Positions 1 through 8,874 of a DNA stretch of 64,000 nucleotides are shown here, piece by piece. The translations under genes and the position numbers were made by a program. The stretch's first letter is position 1; each line of letters opens with the position of its first letter. The stretch comes from an uncultured Candidatus Rokubacteria bacterium (lineage in GTDB: Bacteria; Methylomirabilota; Methylomirabilia; Rokubacteriales; DASRDR01). The DNA lies in assembly GCA_963805625.1 (NCBI GenBank), contig CAWDVE010000013.1, positions 512,001 through 576,000 on the forward strand, given 5' to 3'. The notes under the pieces were generated by a model. The model saw nothing but the letters and a program-made list of their open reading frames with translations. It did no database searches and was not told the origin of the DNA.

Positions 1-10
1 GCGCGCGTCC

Positions 11-1243
11 GTGGTCGTCGAAGGCGCGCGGATTCGCGAGGTCGTCGTCGGCACGGCCGCGCTGCCCCGCGACGCCCGGGTGCTCGACGGTCGCGGGGGC
101 ACGCTTCTCCCGGGCTTCGTGGACATGCATTCCCATCTCGTCTCGGAGCTCGGGGCGCGCCTCTACCTCGCGAACGGCGTCACGACCGTCCGCTTCGCCG
201 GGAACGACCCCGACGCGGTCCTCGCGCTCCGGGACGCGGTCGAGACCGCGCGCATCCCGGGGCCGCGAATCTTCTCGCTCGGCCCGCTCCTCGACGGGAT
301 CTCCCCCGACTATCCCGCGATGTCCTGGCCTCTCTACTCCGCCGTGGAGGCACGCCTCGCCGTCCAGCGCCTCAAGAGGGACTACCGGGTCGACGGGATC
401 ATCCTGACGCAGAAGCCGGCCCTCGAAGTCGCCCGCGCCGCCGTCGACGAGGCACACCGGCTTGGGATCGGGGTGACGGGACAGACCTGGAGCCTGACCG
501 GGCGCGAGGCGATCGCCCTGGGCTACGACGGCCTCGAGAACACATCGCGGCTCCCGGAGGCCCCGCGCGCCCTGCCCGAGGTCGCGCTCCTCCGGTACCG
601 GACCATTCCCGAGCGGTCGGCCATGCTGGCGCTCCTCTGGGCTCGCGCCGAGGGGAGCCGCCTGGAGCGCCTCGGTCACCAGATGGTCAAGAACGAGACC
701 TATCTGGTACCGACGCTCGCCGGGATGGACGCAATCCTGGGACGGTACACCGCCCGCATCCGTCGGGACGGCGACACGCGCCGGCTCCCCGCCGGAGCCC
801 GGCGGGACCTCGGCAGCTGGCTCGGCCAGCGATTCTTCGGCGCCGCATGGACGTCGCGCGACTTCGCGAACTGGACGCGTGGCCTCGCTCGCTACCAACG
901 CTTCATCCGGGACTACGCGCGGCTGGGCGGGCGTGTCCTCGTCGGAACGGACGCCCTCAAGCCCTGCGGCGGGTTCCTCTTTCACGAGGAGCTCCACCGG
1001 CTCCGAGCGTGCGGGCTGTCGAGCGCCGCCGTGCTGCGGGCCGCGACCGCGGCCGCCGCGGACACGCTCGGCCGACCCGACCTCGGCCGCATCGCGCCGG
1101 GCGCCCAGGCCGACCTCGTCCTCGTCGCCGGCAACCCTCTCCACCGTCTCGCCGACGCCCGGGCCGTCCGGGCCGTCGTCGTGCGCGGGCGGCTCCTCGA
1201 GCCCGACACCCTGCTCCCCCATCCTCGAACCCGAACCTCGTGA
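11..1243 (+). CDS. Amidohydrolase family protein (metal-dependent, imidazolonepropionase-like); probably 5'-truncated by the window edge
   Basis: LLPGFVDMHSH (HxH), GVTTVR, VGTD, and C-terminal GRIAPGAQADLVLV motifs. Confidence 0.85.
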   Translation: MVVEGARIREVVVGTAALPRDARVLDGRGGTLLPGFVDMHSHLVSELGARLYLANGVTTVRFAGNDPDAVLALRDAVETARIPGPRIFSLGPLLDGISPDYPAMSWPLYSAVEARLAVQRLKRDYRVDGIILTQKPALEVARAAVDEAHRLGIGVTGQTWSLTGREAIALGYDGLENTSRLPEAPRALPEVALLRYRTIPERSAMLALLWARAEGSRLERLGHQMVKNETYLVPTLAGMDAILGRYTARIRRDGDTRRLPAGARRDLGSWLGQRFFGAAWTSRDFANWTRGLARYQRFIRDYARLGGRVLVGTDALKPCGGFLFHEELHRLRACGLSSAAVLRAATAAAADTLGRPDLGRIAPGAQADLVLVAGNPLHRLADARAVRAVVVRGRLLEPDTLLPHPRTRTS

Positions 1244-1253
1244 GGAGGCTCAC

Positions 1254-2390
1254 ATGACCATGCTGCGTATCCTCGGAGTCCTGTTGCTCGTGGGGGCGGC
1301 CACGCTCCCGGCGAGTCCGGCCGCCGCCCAGGACGTCGTCATCGGCGTCGCTGCACCCATGACCGGAAACCTGGCCCAGATCGGCAAGCAGTTCGCGGAG
1401 GGCGCCCAGCTTGCCGCGGATGAGGTCAACGCCCGAGGCGGGATCAAGGGCAAGAAGGTCGTCATCCGGGTGGAGGACGACAAGGGCGACCCGAAGGAGG
1501 CGGCCACCGTCGCCCAGAAGTTCGCCTCGGACGACGCGATCCTCGCGGTCCTGGGCCACTACTCGTCCTCGGCCTGTTTCGCGGCAATCCCCATCTACAC
1601 GAAGGCGCGCCTCGCCACGATCACGCCCTCGGCGTCGCACACGGACCTCACCAAGCAGGGCGGCAAGTACATGTTCCGCATGTGGTCGCCGATCTCCGTG
1701 TACGTCCCCGACCTCGCCCAGTACACGGTCAAGAAGCTCGGCAAGAAGAACATCGGCGTGGTCTACGTCCAGAACGACTGGGGCATCCAGACGAAGGACT
1801 ACTTCGTGAAGGAGCTCGAGAAGCTCGGCGCGAGGGTCGCCGCCCTCGAGGTGGTGTACGACAAGGACACGGACTTCAAGGCCCAGCTGACGAAGGTCAA
1901 GGCGGCCAACCCCGATGCCCTCGCCATCCTGACCTACTACACCACTGGCGCCCTCGTGACGCTTCAGGCGCGGAACCTCGGCATCACGGCGCCGCTGGTC
2001 GGCACCGGCACCCTCTACGAGGACAAGTTCATCGAGCTCGCCGGCAAGGGCAACGCGGAGGGGCTCGCGGTGAACACCGAGTTCAACGCCGACGACCCGG
2101 CGCCGGTCGTCAAGAACTTCGTCGCCATGTACCAGAAGCTCCACCCGAACGAGAAGCCCGAGCCCTACCACGCGACCACGTACGACGCCGCACGGATCAT
2201 GCTCGGCGCGATCGACAAGGCCGGGACCGACCGTGACGCCATCCGCGATGCCATCGCCGCGACCAAGACGTTTGCCGGCGTCACCGGTACGTTCTCGTTC
2301 AACGACCAGCGGGAGCGTGAGGCGAAGGACCAGGTCTACCTCTTGGTGAAGGACGGCAAGTGGACCTTCATCGGGCGGCAGACGTACTGA
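1254..2390 (+). CDS. Branched-chain amino acid ABC transporter substrate-binding protein (LivJ/LivK family)
   Basis: GAGGAGG RBS before ATG 1254; signal peptide; IGVAAPMTG, EDDKGDPKEA, YDAA, FAGVTGTFSF motifs. Confidence 0.92.
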   Translation: MTMLRILGVLLLVGAATLPASPAAAQDVVIGVAAPMTGNLAQIGKQFAEGAQLAADEVNARGGIKGKKVVIRVEDDKGDPKEAATVAQKFASDDAILAVLGHYSSSACFAAIPIYTKARLATITPSASHTDLTKQGGKYMFRMWSPISVYVPDLAQYTVKKLGKKNIGVVYVQNDWGIQTKDYFVKELEKLGARVAALEVVYDKDTDFKAQLTKVKAANPDALAILTYYTTGALVTLQARNLGITAPLVGTGTLYEDKFIELAGKGNAEGLAVNTEFNADDPAPVVKNFVAMYQKLHPNEKPEPYHATTYDAARIMLGAIDKAGTDRDAIRDAIAATKTFAGVTGTFSFNDQREREAKDQVYLLVKDGKWTFIGRQTY

Positions 2391-2411
2391 GCCGCTGAGC
2401 TCACGCACCCC

Positions 2412-2457
2412 GACCGCCGGCCGGACTCGTGCCCCTCGACGGGTCCGGCCGGCGGTC
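2412..2457 (+). terminator. GC-rich inverted repeat (15-bp perfect stem), possible terminator or mRNA-stabilising hairpin
   Basis: GACCGCCGGCCGGAC (2412-2426) pairs with GTCCGGCCGGCGGTC (2443-2457) just after the SBP stop; no U-tract. Confidence 0.55.
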
Positions 2458-2466
2458 AGCGCTCCC

Positions 2467-3036
2467 GTGCCCGACAAACCCCCTCCGCCGCCGCGCCGGT
2501 TCGGCTACTACGAGCGCCTGACCCGCGCCCAGCAGCGCATCTACCGGGACAGCGACGCGGTCACGAGCCTGCGTCTTCCCGGCGCGGCCGAGCTTCACCC
2601 TCGCGTGGCGGCGCTCGACGCGTCCCTCATCTCCGAGGACCGCCTCGCCGTCCAGGTGGCGTCCCAGATGCTCTTCACCGCGCTCACCCAGGCGTTCGGC
2701 ATCGGGCCCTGCCGTCTGGAGGTGCTGGCCGCCCGCCCACACGGTCGCTGGGGTGAGCTCCAGGGCCTCTACATCGAGGACCGCCGTTTGCCTCGCGTCC
2801 AGCTCTGGATGCGCACGGCGCGTCAGCGGCGAGTCGTGGCGTTCCGGACGTACCTCAGGACTCTCCTCCACGAGCTCGGCCACCACGTCGACTACCGGTA
2901 TCTCAAGCTCGCCGATTCCTTCCACACGCAGGGCTTCTACCAGCGCGAGTCGAGCCTCTTCCACCAGCTGGTGCCGGACGCCCGCGAGGAGATCCCGACC
3001 CAGGACCCGGCCCCGACCGACGACACCGAACGCTAG
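2467..3036 (+). CDS. Hypothetical protein with zincin HExxH motif (small metallopeptidase-like)
   Basis: TLLHELGHHVDY followed by SFHTQGF (possible third His ligand). Confidence 0.7.
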   Translation: MPDKPPPPPRRFGYYERLTRAQQRIYRDSDAVTSLRLPGAAELHPRVAALDASLISEDRLAVQVASQMLFTALTQAFGIGPCRLEVLAARPHGRWGELQGLYIEDRRLPRVQLWMRTARQRRVVAFRTYLRTLLHELGHHVDYRYLKLADSFHTQGFYQRESSLFHQLVPDAREEIPTQDPAPTDDTER

Positions 3037-3113
3037 GATCCGGCGGCCGCCCAGAAACCGCAACAGAAGTGTAATATTCCGGTGCCGGGGAGATCCGGCG
3101 AGTCGAATCCTCC

Positions 3114-3280
3114 GTGAGCGAGCCGAAGATCCGCGTCTCCGCCTGCCTGCCGGCGGCAAGACGACGCTCCGGATGGTGGCGGGGTTCGAGACGCCGGACG
3201 ACGGGAGCGCGATCGTCGACGGCCAGGACCTGCTGGCGCTTCCGGCTCACCGTCGTGGTATGGGCGTCGTCTTTCAGAGC
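3114..3280 (+). pseudogene. Remnant of a PotA/MalK-type ABC ATPase
   Basis: MSEPKIRVS joined out of frame to GGKTTLRMVAGFETPDDG...LPAHRRGMGVVFQS (Walker A remnant plus Q-loop); the rest is absent. Confidence 0.7.
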
Positions 3281-3366
3281 TCCCGTCGCAGCCTGCCGCC
3301 TGCTCCCGGCGACGGAGTCCGGCGGCACGGAAGCTCCCGTATGACCGAAACCGACTGGAGATCGGC

Positions 3367-4125
3367 ATGGAACTGACAATCCTCGGAGCCGGCACTGCCG
3401 TACCCTCACCGGGCCGGAGCCCGGCGGGTTACCTCCTGCGCGTCGGCGGGATCCCGCTCCTGTTCGACCTGGGGCCGGGCACCCTCGCCCGTCTCGCGAC
3501 GGCCGGCGTGAGTCACCGGGAGCTCCGCCGGGTGTTCATCTCGCACCTGCACTCCGACCATGTGCTCGATCTCGTGACCCTGCTGCAAGCGAGCAACGCG
3601 ACGCCCGGCTGGAGGCGGGAGGATCCGCTCGAACTCTACGGCTGCCGCGGGCTCGCCACGCTCGTCAGCCAGGTGATGGCGGCGTTCGACGGGACGACCC
3701 CGGAGGGCTTTCCGCTCCGCATCATCGAGCTCGGCGAGGAACGCCACGACCTCGGGGGCTTCACGGTCGAGACCGCCCTCACCGCCCACACCGAGACCAG
3801 CCTGGCCTTCCGCATCGAAGCCGACGGTCAAACGGTCGTCTATTCGGGTGACGCGATCGAAACCCCGGCGCTCGCGCGACTCGCGCAGGAGGCCGACGCC
3901 TTCGTCTGCGAATGCTCCTTCCCGCGCGGCTGGCGGACGGCCAACCATGTCACCGCCGATGGCGCGGGCCGCCTGGCCCAGTCGGCCGGCGCCCGACGGC
4001 TGGTGCTCTCGCACCTCTACCCGCCCGCGCAGGAGGCGGACGTCGCCGGGCAAGCGCGAGCCGAGTACGAGGGGGAAGTGATCGTGGCAGTCGACGGCAC
4101 CGCGGTGGACTTGAGGCCGCGATGA
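3367..4125 (+). CDS. MBL-fold metallo-hydrolase (RNase Z/AtsA-like)
   Basis: LTILGAGTAVP, SHLHSDH, YSGD, CECSF, NHVT, LSHLYP motifs. Confidence 0.88.
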   Translation: MELTILGAGTAVPSPGRSPAGYLLRVGGIPLLFDLGPGTLARLATAGVSHRELRRVFISHLHSDHVLDLVTLLQASNATPGWRREDPLELYGCRGLATLVSQVMAAFDGTTPEGFPLRIIELGEERHDLGGFTVETALTAHTETSLAFRIEADGQTVVYSGDAIETPALARLAQEADAFVCECSFPRGWRTANHVTADGAGRLAQSAGARRLVLSHLYPPAQEADVAGQARAEYEGEVIVAVDGTAVDLRPR

Positions 4126-4274
4126 CGGCAGCGCAGCCAGGGCGCGGCCAGCCGGCCGGTGGCTCACGACGGGTCTGGCGCTGGCGCCATTCTTCCGGTT
4201 CGGGCTGGCCTTCGAGGTGGCGTCCTCCTCCGCTCGAGCCTGCTCGTCGCGAGCGCTCCGGTCGCTGAGCCTCG

Positions 4275-4475
4275 GTGAGCGGCGCCGTGCTGTTCTCGGA
4301 CGCGATCTTCGACTCGGTCTACAGCTCGCTCAGCCGGGCCTTCGTCCACACCTCGACCTACAGTTGAGAACGGGCTCGCCATGCGGGCGGGGTTGGCCAC
4401 CCTCGACGTGCTCGAGGACGAGAAGCTCGGTGCTCGCGCGACCGACCTTGGCGAATACCTGCGACGGAGCTCTAC
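4275..4475 (+). pseudogene. Internal fragment of a class III (ornithine/acetylornithine-type) aminotransferase
   Basis: AVLFSDAIFDSVYSSLSRAFVHTSTYS, +1 frameshift near 4365, then ENGLAMRAGLATLDVLEDEKLGARATDLGEYLR. Confidence 0.65.
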
Positions 4476-4711
4476 GGGAACACGCAGCGAAAGAATGGAG
4501 CGGTGACCGTGGAATCTCCCGTCATGCGGTAGTACGCGGTCACGTAGCCGAACCGGTCTACCTCGTAGTTCGTGACCTCCGGGTGGGCCCGCATGCACTC
4601 CTGGGCCCTCGTCTGCAGCTCGCTTTGGCGCTCTGCGCTCACTGTCGCCGATGTCGCGCAGGCGTTCAGAAAGAACGGGAGCAAGGTCAACGCCAGGAGT
4701 GTGGGCTTCAC
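4472..4711 (-). CDS. Small predicted lipoprotein
   Basis: GTG start after GGAGAGG-like RBS; MKPTLLALTLLPFFLNAC lipobox-like signal; two further Cys. Confidence 0.6.
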   Translation of the reverse strand: MKPTLLALTLLPFFLNACATSATVSAERQSELQTRAQECMRAHPEVTNYEVDRFGYVTAYYRMTGDSTVTAPFFRCVFP

Positions 4712-5234
4712 GAGTGGTCTCCTTTCCCCGAGGTGATCGATCGAGGGGGATGACACCGCCAGGTGCAGTCATCACCGAGCCTCGGCAAAGCCGTCGCGAC
4801 CCTGTCGCTCTCGGGTTCGCGACTCCGCCCGCGCCGCGCACCCGATCTGCGCCAGGAACAGGGATGTAAGGAGGTATGCCCCGCATCGTCCTCGCGATCT
4901 GTTCATCCGCCTGCCCCCCAATCGGTCGCCGCTCTCACGGGTCCGCCCCGCTCGTGCACCGTAAGGAGCGCAAGCAGGGTGCCAGCTGCGTCGGCGCGAG
5001 GACTGATCGTGAAATCAGCGACTTGGGCGTGTCGACACTCCATGACGAGCCGGCGGCGCAGGCCCTCAGCCGGGGCCTGGGTGGGGGAAAATTCGGCAAG
5101 CCGTTCCGGCCGAGACGCTTCACGTCGGTCGGGCGGGGCGTACGGAAGCGGGCGCGCGGCCCGAGAGCGCCGCTCAGCCCCGTGAAAGGGAGCGGACCGG
5201 TCCGGTGCCTGGCGGTCAGCCGGAAGCGGGGACC

Positions 5235-6905
5235 TTACATCAGGAAGTAGCGGCGGTTCATCGGCAGGTCGTCGTCGGGGATCGGCGGGAGCGGCTGGCC
5301 GTCGATCTGGATCTCCGCCGAGCCGGGGTCGATCTCGATCCGTGGATTCGCCTGGTTGTAGAGCATGTGGCGCTTGGCCACCTGCCGGGTTCCCGCCACC
5401 GGAATCGCCCGCCGCCGGGTCCCGAGCCGCCGGCGAAAGCCGCCGGCCGCCGCCGCGGCGGAGACGAAGTCGATGCTGAGGCTCGCGGCCGCCAGCCCGC
5501 TGCCCCCCCAGTGCGGCGCGTAAATCTGGGGCTCGGTCTGCGCGACGGACGCGTTGCCCTCGCCGAGGGCGCCCCAGGCGGGGTAGCCGCCCTTGATCAC
5601 CAGCTCCGGCTTGACCCCGAAGAACTCGGGGCGCCAGAGGACGATGTCGGCGCTCTTCCCCGGCTCGAGCGACCCCACCCACCGGTCGACGCCGTGGGCG
5701 CGCGCGGGGTTGATCGTGTACTTCGCCAGGTACTGGAGGATCCGCGGGTTGTCGTGCAGCGGGCGCTCGGCGCGCATGCGCTTCATCTGGTGCGCGAGCT
5801 GCCAGGTCCGGCGGATCACTTCCCCGATCCGCCCCATCCCCTGGGAGTCCGAGTTGATGATGCTGATCGCCCCCAGCTCGTGGAGCACGCTCTCCGCCCG
5901 CATCGTGGAGTCGCGGACGCGGTCGGCGATCATCGCGCGGTCGCTGGGCACCCGCGGGTTCATGCCGTGGACCGACCACATCATGGCGTGATGCTCCGCC
6001 ACCACGTTCCGGCCATACGGGATCGTCGGGGTCGTCGACGAGCCGATGACGTGGCCGATCCCCGCGATCGCCAGGATGTCCGGCGAGTGGCCGCCGCCGA
6101 TGCCCTCCACGTGGTACGCGTGGATGCTGCGCCCGGCAATGGCGGCGACCGTCTCACCGAGCTCGCACGACTCGTTGATGCCGTCGGTATGCATCGCGAT
6201 CTGGACGTCGTACACGTCGGCGACGGTGAGCGCCTCGTCGACGATGCTCGGGTACCCCGCGTAGTCCTCGTGGACCTTGAGCCCACAGGCGCCCGACTCG
6301 ATCTGGCGCTCGAGCGGGGCCGCGGTGTAGCTGGCCGCCCGCCCCAGCACGCCCAGGTTCACGGGAAAGCCCTCGAAGGCGAGGAACATGTGGTCCAGGT
6401 TGAACGCGGGGTTGTCGTTGAGGCCGCCGGTGATCAGCGTCGTCATCCCGGCAGCCAGCGCCGACGGGATGAGGCGCGGCTGGACCAGGTGGACGTGCGT
6501 GTCGATGCCGCCGGGCGTCGCGATGAAACCCTGCCCGTAGACCGGCGCGGTGTTGGAGCCGATGAGGAGATCGGGGTTGTCGACCACGTCCGGGTTGCCG
6601 GCCCGGCCCACACCGACGATCACCCCGTCCTTCACGCCGATGTTCGCCTTGAACACGCCGAGCACGGGATCCAGCACGATCACGTTCGTGACGATCAGGT
6701 CGAGCTCGCTCGCGGCCGGCAGCTCGGCGCTCATCATGATGCCGGTGCGCAGGGTCTTCGCCCAGCCGCGCAGCACCTCGTCCCCGTAGCTCGACTCGTC
6801 CCGCTCGATCCGCGCCAGGAGGTCCGTGTCCCCGAGACGCACCCGGTCACCAGTCGTGGGGCCGTAGCGCGCCGAGTACTCGGGGCGGCTCAGCTCACCG
6901 GCCAT
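5235..6905 (-). CDS. ureC: Urease alpha subunit homolog (divergent)
   Basis: YGPTTGDRVRLGDT, GGIDTHVH, GLKVHED, MHTD, YHVEGIGGGH, SDSQGMGRIGEV, KYTINPA, LPMNRRYFL. Confidence 0.92.
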   Translation of the reverse strand: MAGELSRPEYSARYGPTTGDRVRLGDTDLLARIERDESSYGDEVLRGWAKTLRTGIMMSAELPAASELDLIVTNVIVLDPVLGVFKANIGVKDGVIVGVGRAGNPDVVDNPDLLIGSNTAPVYGQGFIATPGGIDTHVHLVQPRLIPSALAAGMTTLITGGLNDNPAFNLDHMFLAFEGFPVNLGVLGRAASYTAAPLERQIESGACGLKVHEDYAGYPSIVDEALTVADVYDVQIAMHTDGINESCELGETVAAIAGRSIHAYHVEGIGGGHSPDILAIAGIGHVIGSSTTPTIPYGRNVVAEHHAMMWSVHGMNPRVPSDRAMIADRVRDSTMRAESVLHELGAISIINSDSQGMGRIGEVIRRTWQLAHQMKRMRAERPLHDNPRILQYLAKYTINPARAHGVDRWVGSLEPGKSADIVLWRPEFFGVKPELVIKGGYPAWGALGEGNASVAQTEPQIYAPHWGGSGLAAASLSIDFVSAAAAAGGFRRRLGTRRRAIPVAGTRQVAKRHMLYNQANPRIEIDPGSAEIQIDGQPLPPIPDDDLPMNRRYFLM

Positions 6906-7293
6906 GAGGCCTCTCCGGCGTGCCGGCCTCCCGGTGGCCGTAGCCGCCCTCGCGCACGCGCGCCAGGCCCTCGGCGAGCCGATCGGGCGTGGCGGCGCCC
7001 TCGGTCAGCCGGTTGAAGCCGCGCACCGCCCGCTGGCCGCCGTACGCCACGAGCCGCACTGTCCGCGTCTCGCCGGGACGCCAGCGCACCGAATCGCCCG
7101 CGGGCACGTCGAGGTGCATGCCCCAGGCCCGGCGCCGGTCGAACACGAGGCGGCGGTTGATCTCGAAGAACGGAAAGTGCGAGCTGATGAAGATCGTGTG
7201 ATCCGAGGTGTTCGTCACCGTCACCTCGGCCGTGGGCCGGCCCGCGTTCAGCGGAATCGCGCCCTCGGCGAACAGGATCTCGCCCGGCTTCAT
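6895..7293 (-). CDS. ureB: Urease beta subunit homolog
   Basis: MKPGEI...LNAGR...VTNTSDHTIFISSHFPFFEINRRLVFDR...LDVPAGDSVRWRPGE; ATGA-type overlap with ureA. Confidence 0.9.
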   Translation of the reverse strand: MKPGEILFAEGAIPLNAGRPTAEVTVTNTSDHTIFISSHFPFFEINRRLVFDRRRAWGMHLDVPAGDSVRWRPGETRTVRLVAYGGQRAVRGFNRLTEGAATPDRLAEGLARVREGGYGHREAGTPERPHGR

Positions 7294-7613
7294 GCGGTCC
7301 CCTTCCTGCCCGGTCCGATCGGCCGCTCCACGTGGAGGATCCGGGTTCCGTCCCCGAACAGGCACTCGAGCTTGACGGTACCGACGAGGTCGGCGACACC
7401 TTCCAGCACGTCGTCCTCGGTGAGAACGCTCCGGGCCGCAGTCACCACCTCCTCGTAGGAGGCTCCGCCGCGGGCGGCCTCGTGCATCTCGTCGCAGATG
7501 AGAGCCAGGGCCTCCGGGTATGTGAGCCGCCAGCCCTTGGCCCGCCGGCGGCGCGCGAGCTCCGCGGCGGTGAAGATCGTCAGGCGATCCAGCTCGGTCG
7601 GTGTCAGGCGCAT
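7290..7613 (-). CDS. ureA: Urease gamma subunit homolog
   Basis: MRLTPTELDRLTIFTAAELARRRRAKGWRLTYPEALALI...FGDGTRILHVERPI. Confidence 0.92.
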   Translation of the reverse strand: MRLTPTELDRLTIFTAAELARRRRAKGWRLTYPEALALICDEMHEAARGGASYEEVVTAARSVLTEDDVLEGVADLVGTVKLECLFGDGTRILHVERPIGPGRKGTA

Positions 7614-7699
7614 GGGTGCACTCCGTCTTGCCGGTCCTGCGGCTCGGCGGTTACGGGCGCCGGCATGATAGACGACGGGTCCCGGCCAGACAACCGCGG

Positions 7700-8836
7700 T
7701 CAGACGTCGCGCGCTCCGAGCTTCAAGAGCTCGCCGATGGCGGCCGACGCCTTGAGTCCGGAGCCCGTGAGAACCAGCACCGTCGTCTCCCCCGGCCGGA
7801 TGGTTCCGCTCGCCTGGAGCCGGCTCAGTCCCGCGGCGGCCGCGGCCGCCGTGGGCTCGACGTAGAGCCCCCGGCGCGCCAGGTCACGGAGCGCCTCGAC
7901 GATCTCCGCCTCGTCCACCGCGACCACGGCCCCGCCGCTCTCGCGCACGGCGCGCAGGACCTCGGCCACCCGCGTGGGCTTGGCCGACGCGATCCCCTCC
8001 GCCACCGTCGGAGCGATCGAGGTGGGGACGAGGTGCTCGACGCCCGCGAGGAAGGCTGCGTGGTAGGGCGCGCAGTTCGCTGCCTGGACGCCGAAGAGAC
8101 GCGGAACCGCGCCGATCTCGCCCCGGCGGAGCAGCTCGCCGAAGCCGCGGTCGCACCCCAGCACGTTGCTCCCATAGCCGAGGGGGACGACCACGTTGTC
8201 GGGCGGCCGGAAGCCGAGCTGCTCCCACAGCTCGTAGGCGAGCGTCTTCACGCCCTCCACGAAGAAGGGCTGCCAGTTGTGGCTCGCGTAGAAGATCTCG
8301 GCGCTCTGGCGGAGCGCGGCGTCGGCCACGTCCTGCCTGGAGCCCCTGATGGTGACGACGTCGGCGCCGCACGCGGCGATCTGGGCGATCTTCGGGTAGG
8401 ACGCAGTTTCGGGCACGAGGATGCGGCACGAGAGGCCGCTCCTCGCGGCGTACGCCGAGAGCGAGGCGCCGGCGTTCCCCGACGAGTCCTCCAGCACCCG
8501 CCGGATGCCGCGGCTCTTGAGGTAGCTCACCATCACGGTCATGCCGCGGTCCTTGAACGATCCCGTCGGCATCGTGAACTCGAGCTTGAAGAGGACGGCC
8601 GCGCCGCCCCAGTCGCCCGGCACGAGCGGCGTCCAGCCCTCACCGAGGCTGACGGCATCCTCGGCCTCGACCAGGAGCGCCTTCGCGTACCGCCAGACCG
8701 AGTGGCGCGAGGTCTCGATCTCCTCACGCCCGAGCCCCGGCGCCGGCCCCAGGTTCAGGTAGTGGCCGTTATCCGCGCACCACCGCGCCTCGGTGAGCGG
8801 ATACGTGCGTCCGGTGGAAGGGTCGACGTAGTTCAC
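7700..8836 (-). CDS. Threonine synthase-like PLP enzyme (fold type II)
   Basis: SLGEGWTPL, PTGSFKDRG (PLP Lys), DSSGNAGAS, EGVKTLAYE, VEPTAA, LTGSGLK; GTG start inferred. Confidence 0.88.
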   Translation of the reverse strand: MNYVDPSTGRTYPLTEARWCADNGHYLNLGPAPGLGREEIETSRHSVWRYAKALLVEAEDAVSLGEGWTPLVPGDWGGAAVLFKLEFTMPTGSFKDRGMTVMVSYLKSRGIRRVLEDSSGNAGASLSAYAARSGLSCRILVPETASYPKIAQIAACGADVVTIRGSRQDVADAALRQSAEIFYASHNWQPFFVEGVKTLAYELWEQLGFRPPDNVVVPLGYGSNVLGCDRGFGELLRRGEIGAVPRLFGVQAANCAPYHAAFLAGVEHLVPTSIAPTVAEGIASAKPTRVAEVLRAVRESGGAVVAVDEAEIVEALRDLARRGLYVEPTAAAAAAGLSRLQASGTIRPGETTVLVLTGSGLKASAAIGELLKLGARDV

Positions 8837-8874
8837 GGTGTCGGAGCGACGGGGAGTCCCCGGATCAGCCCACC

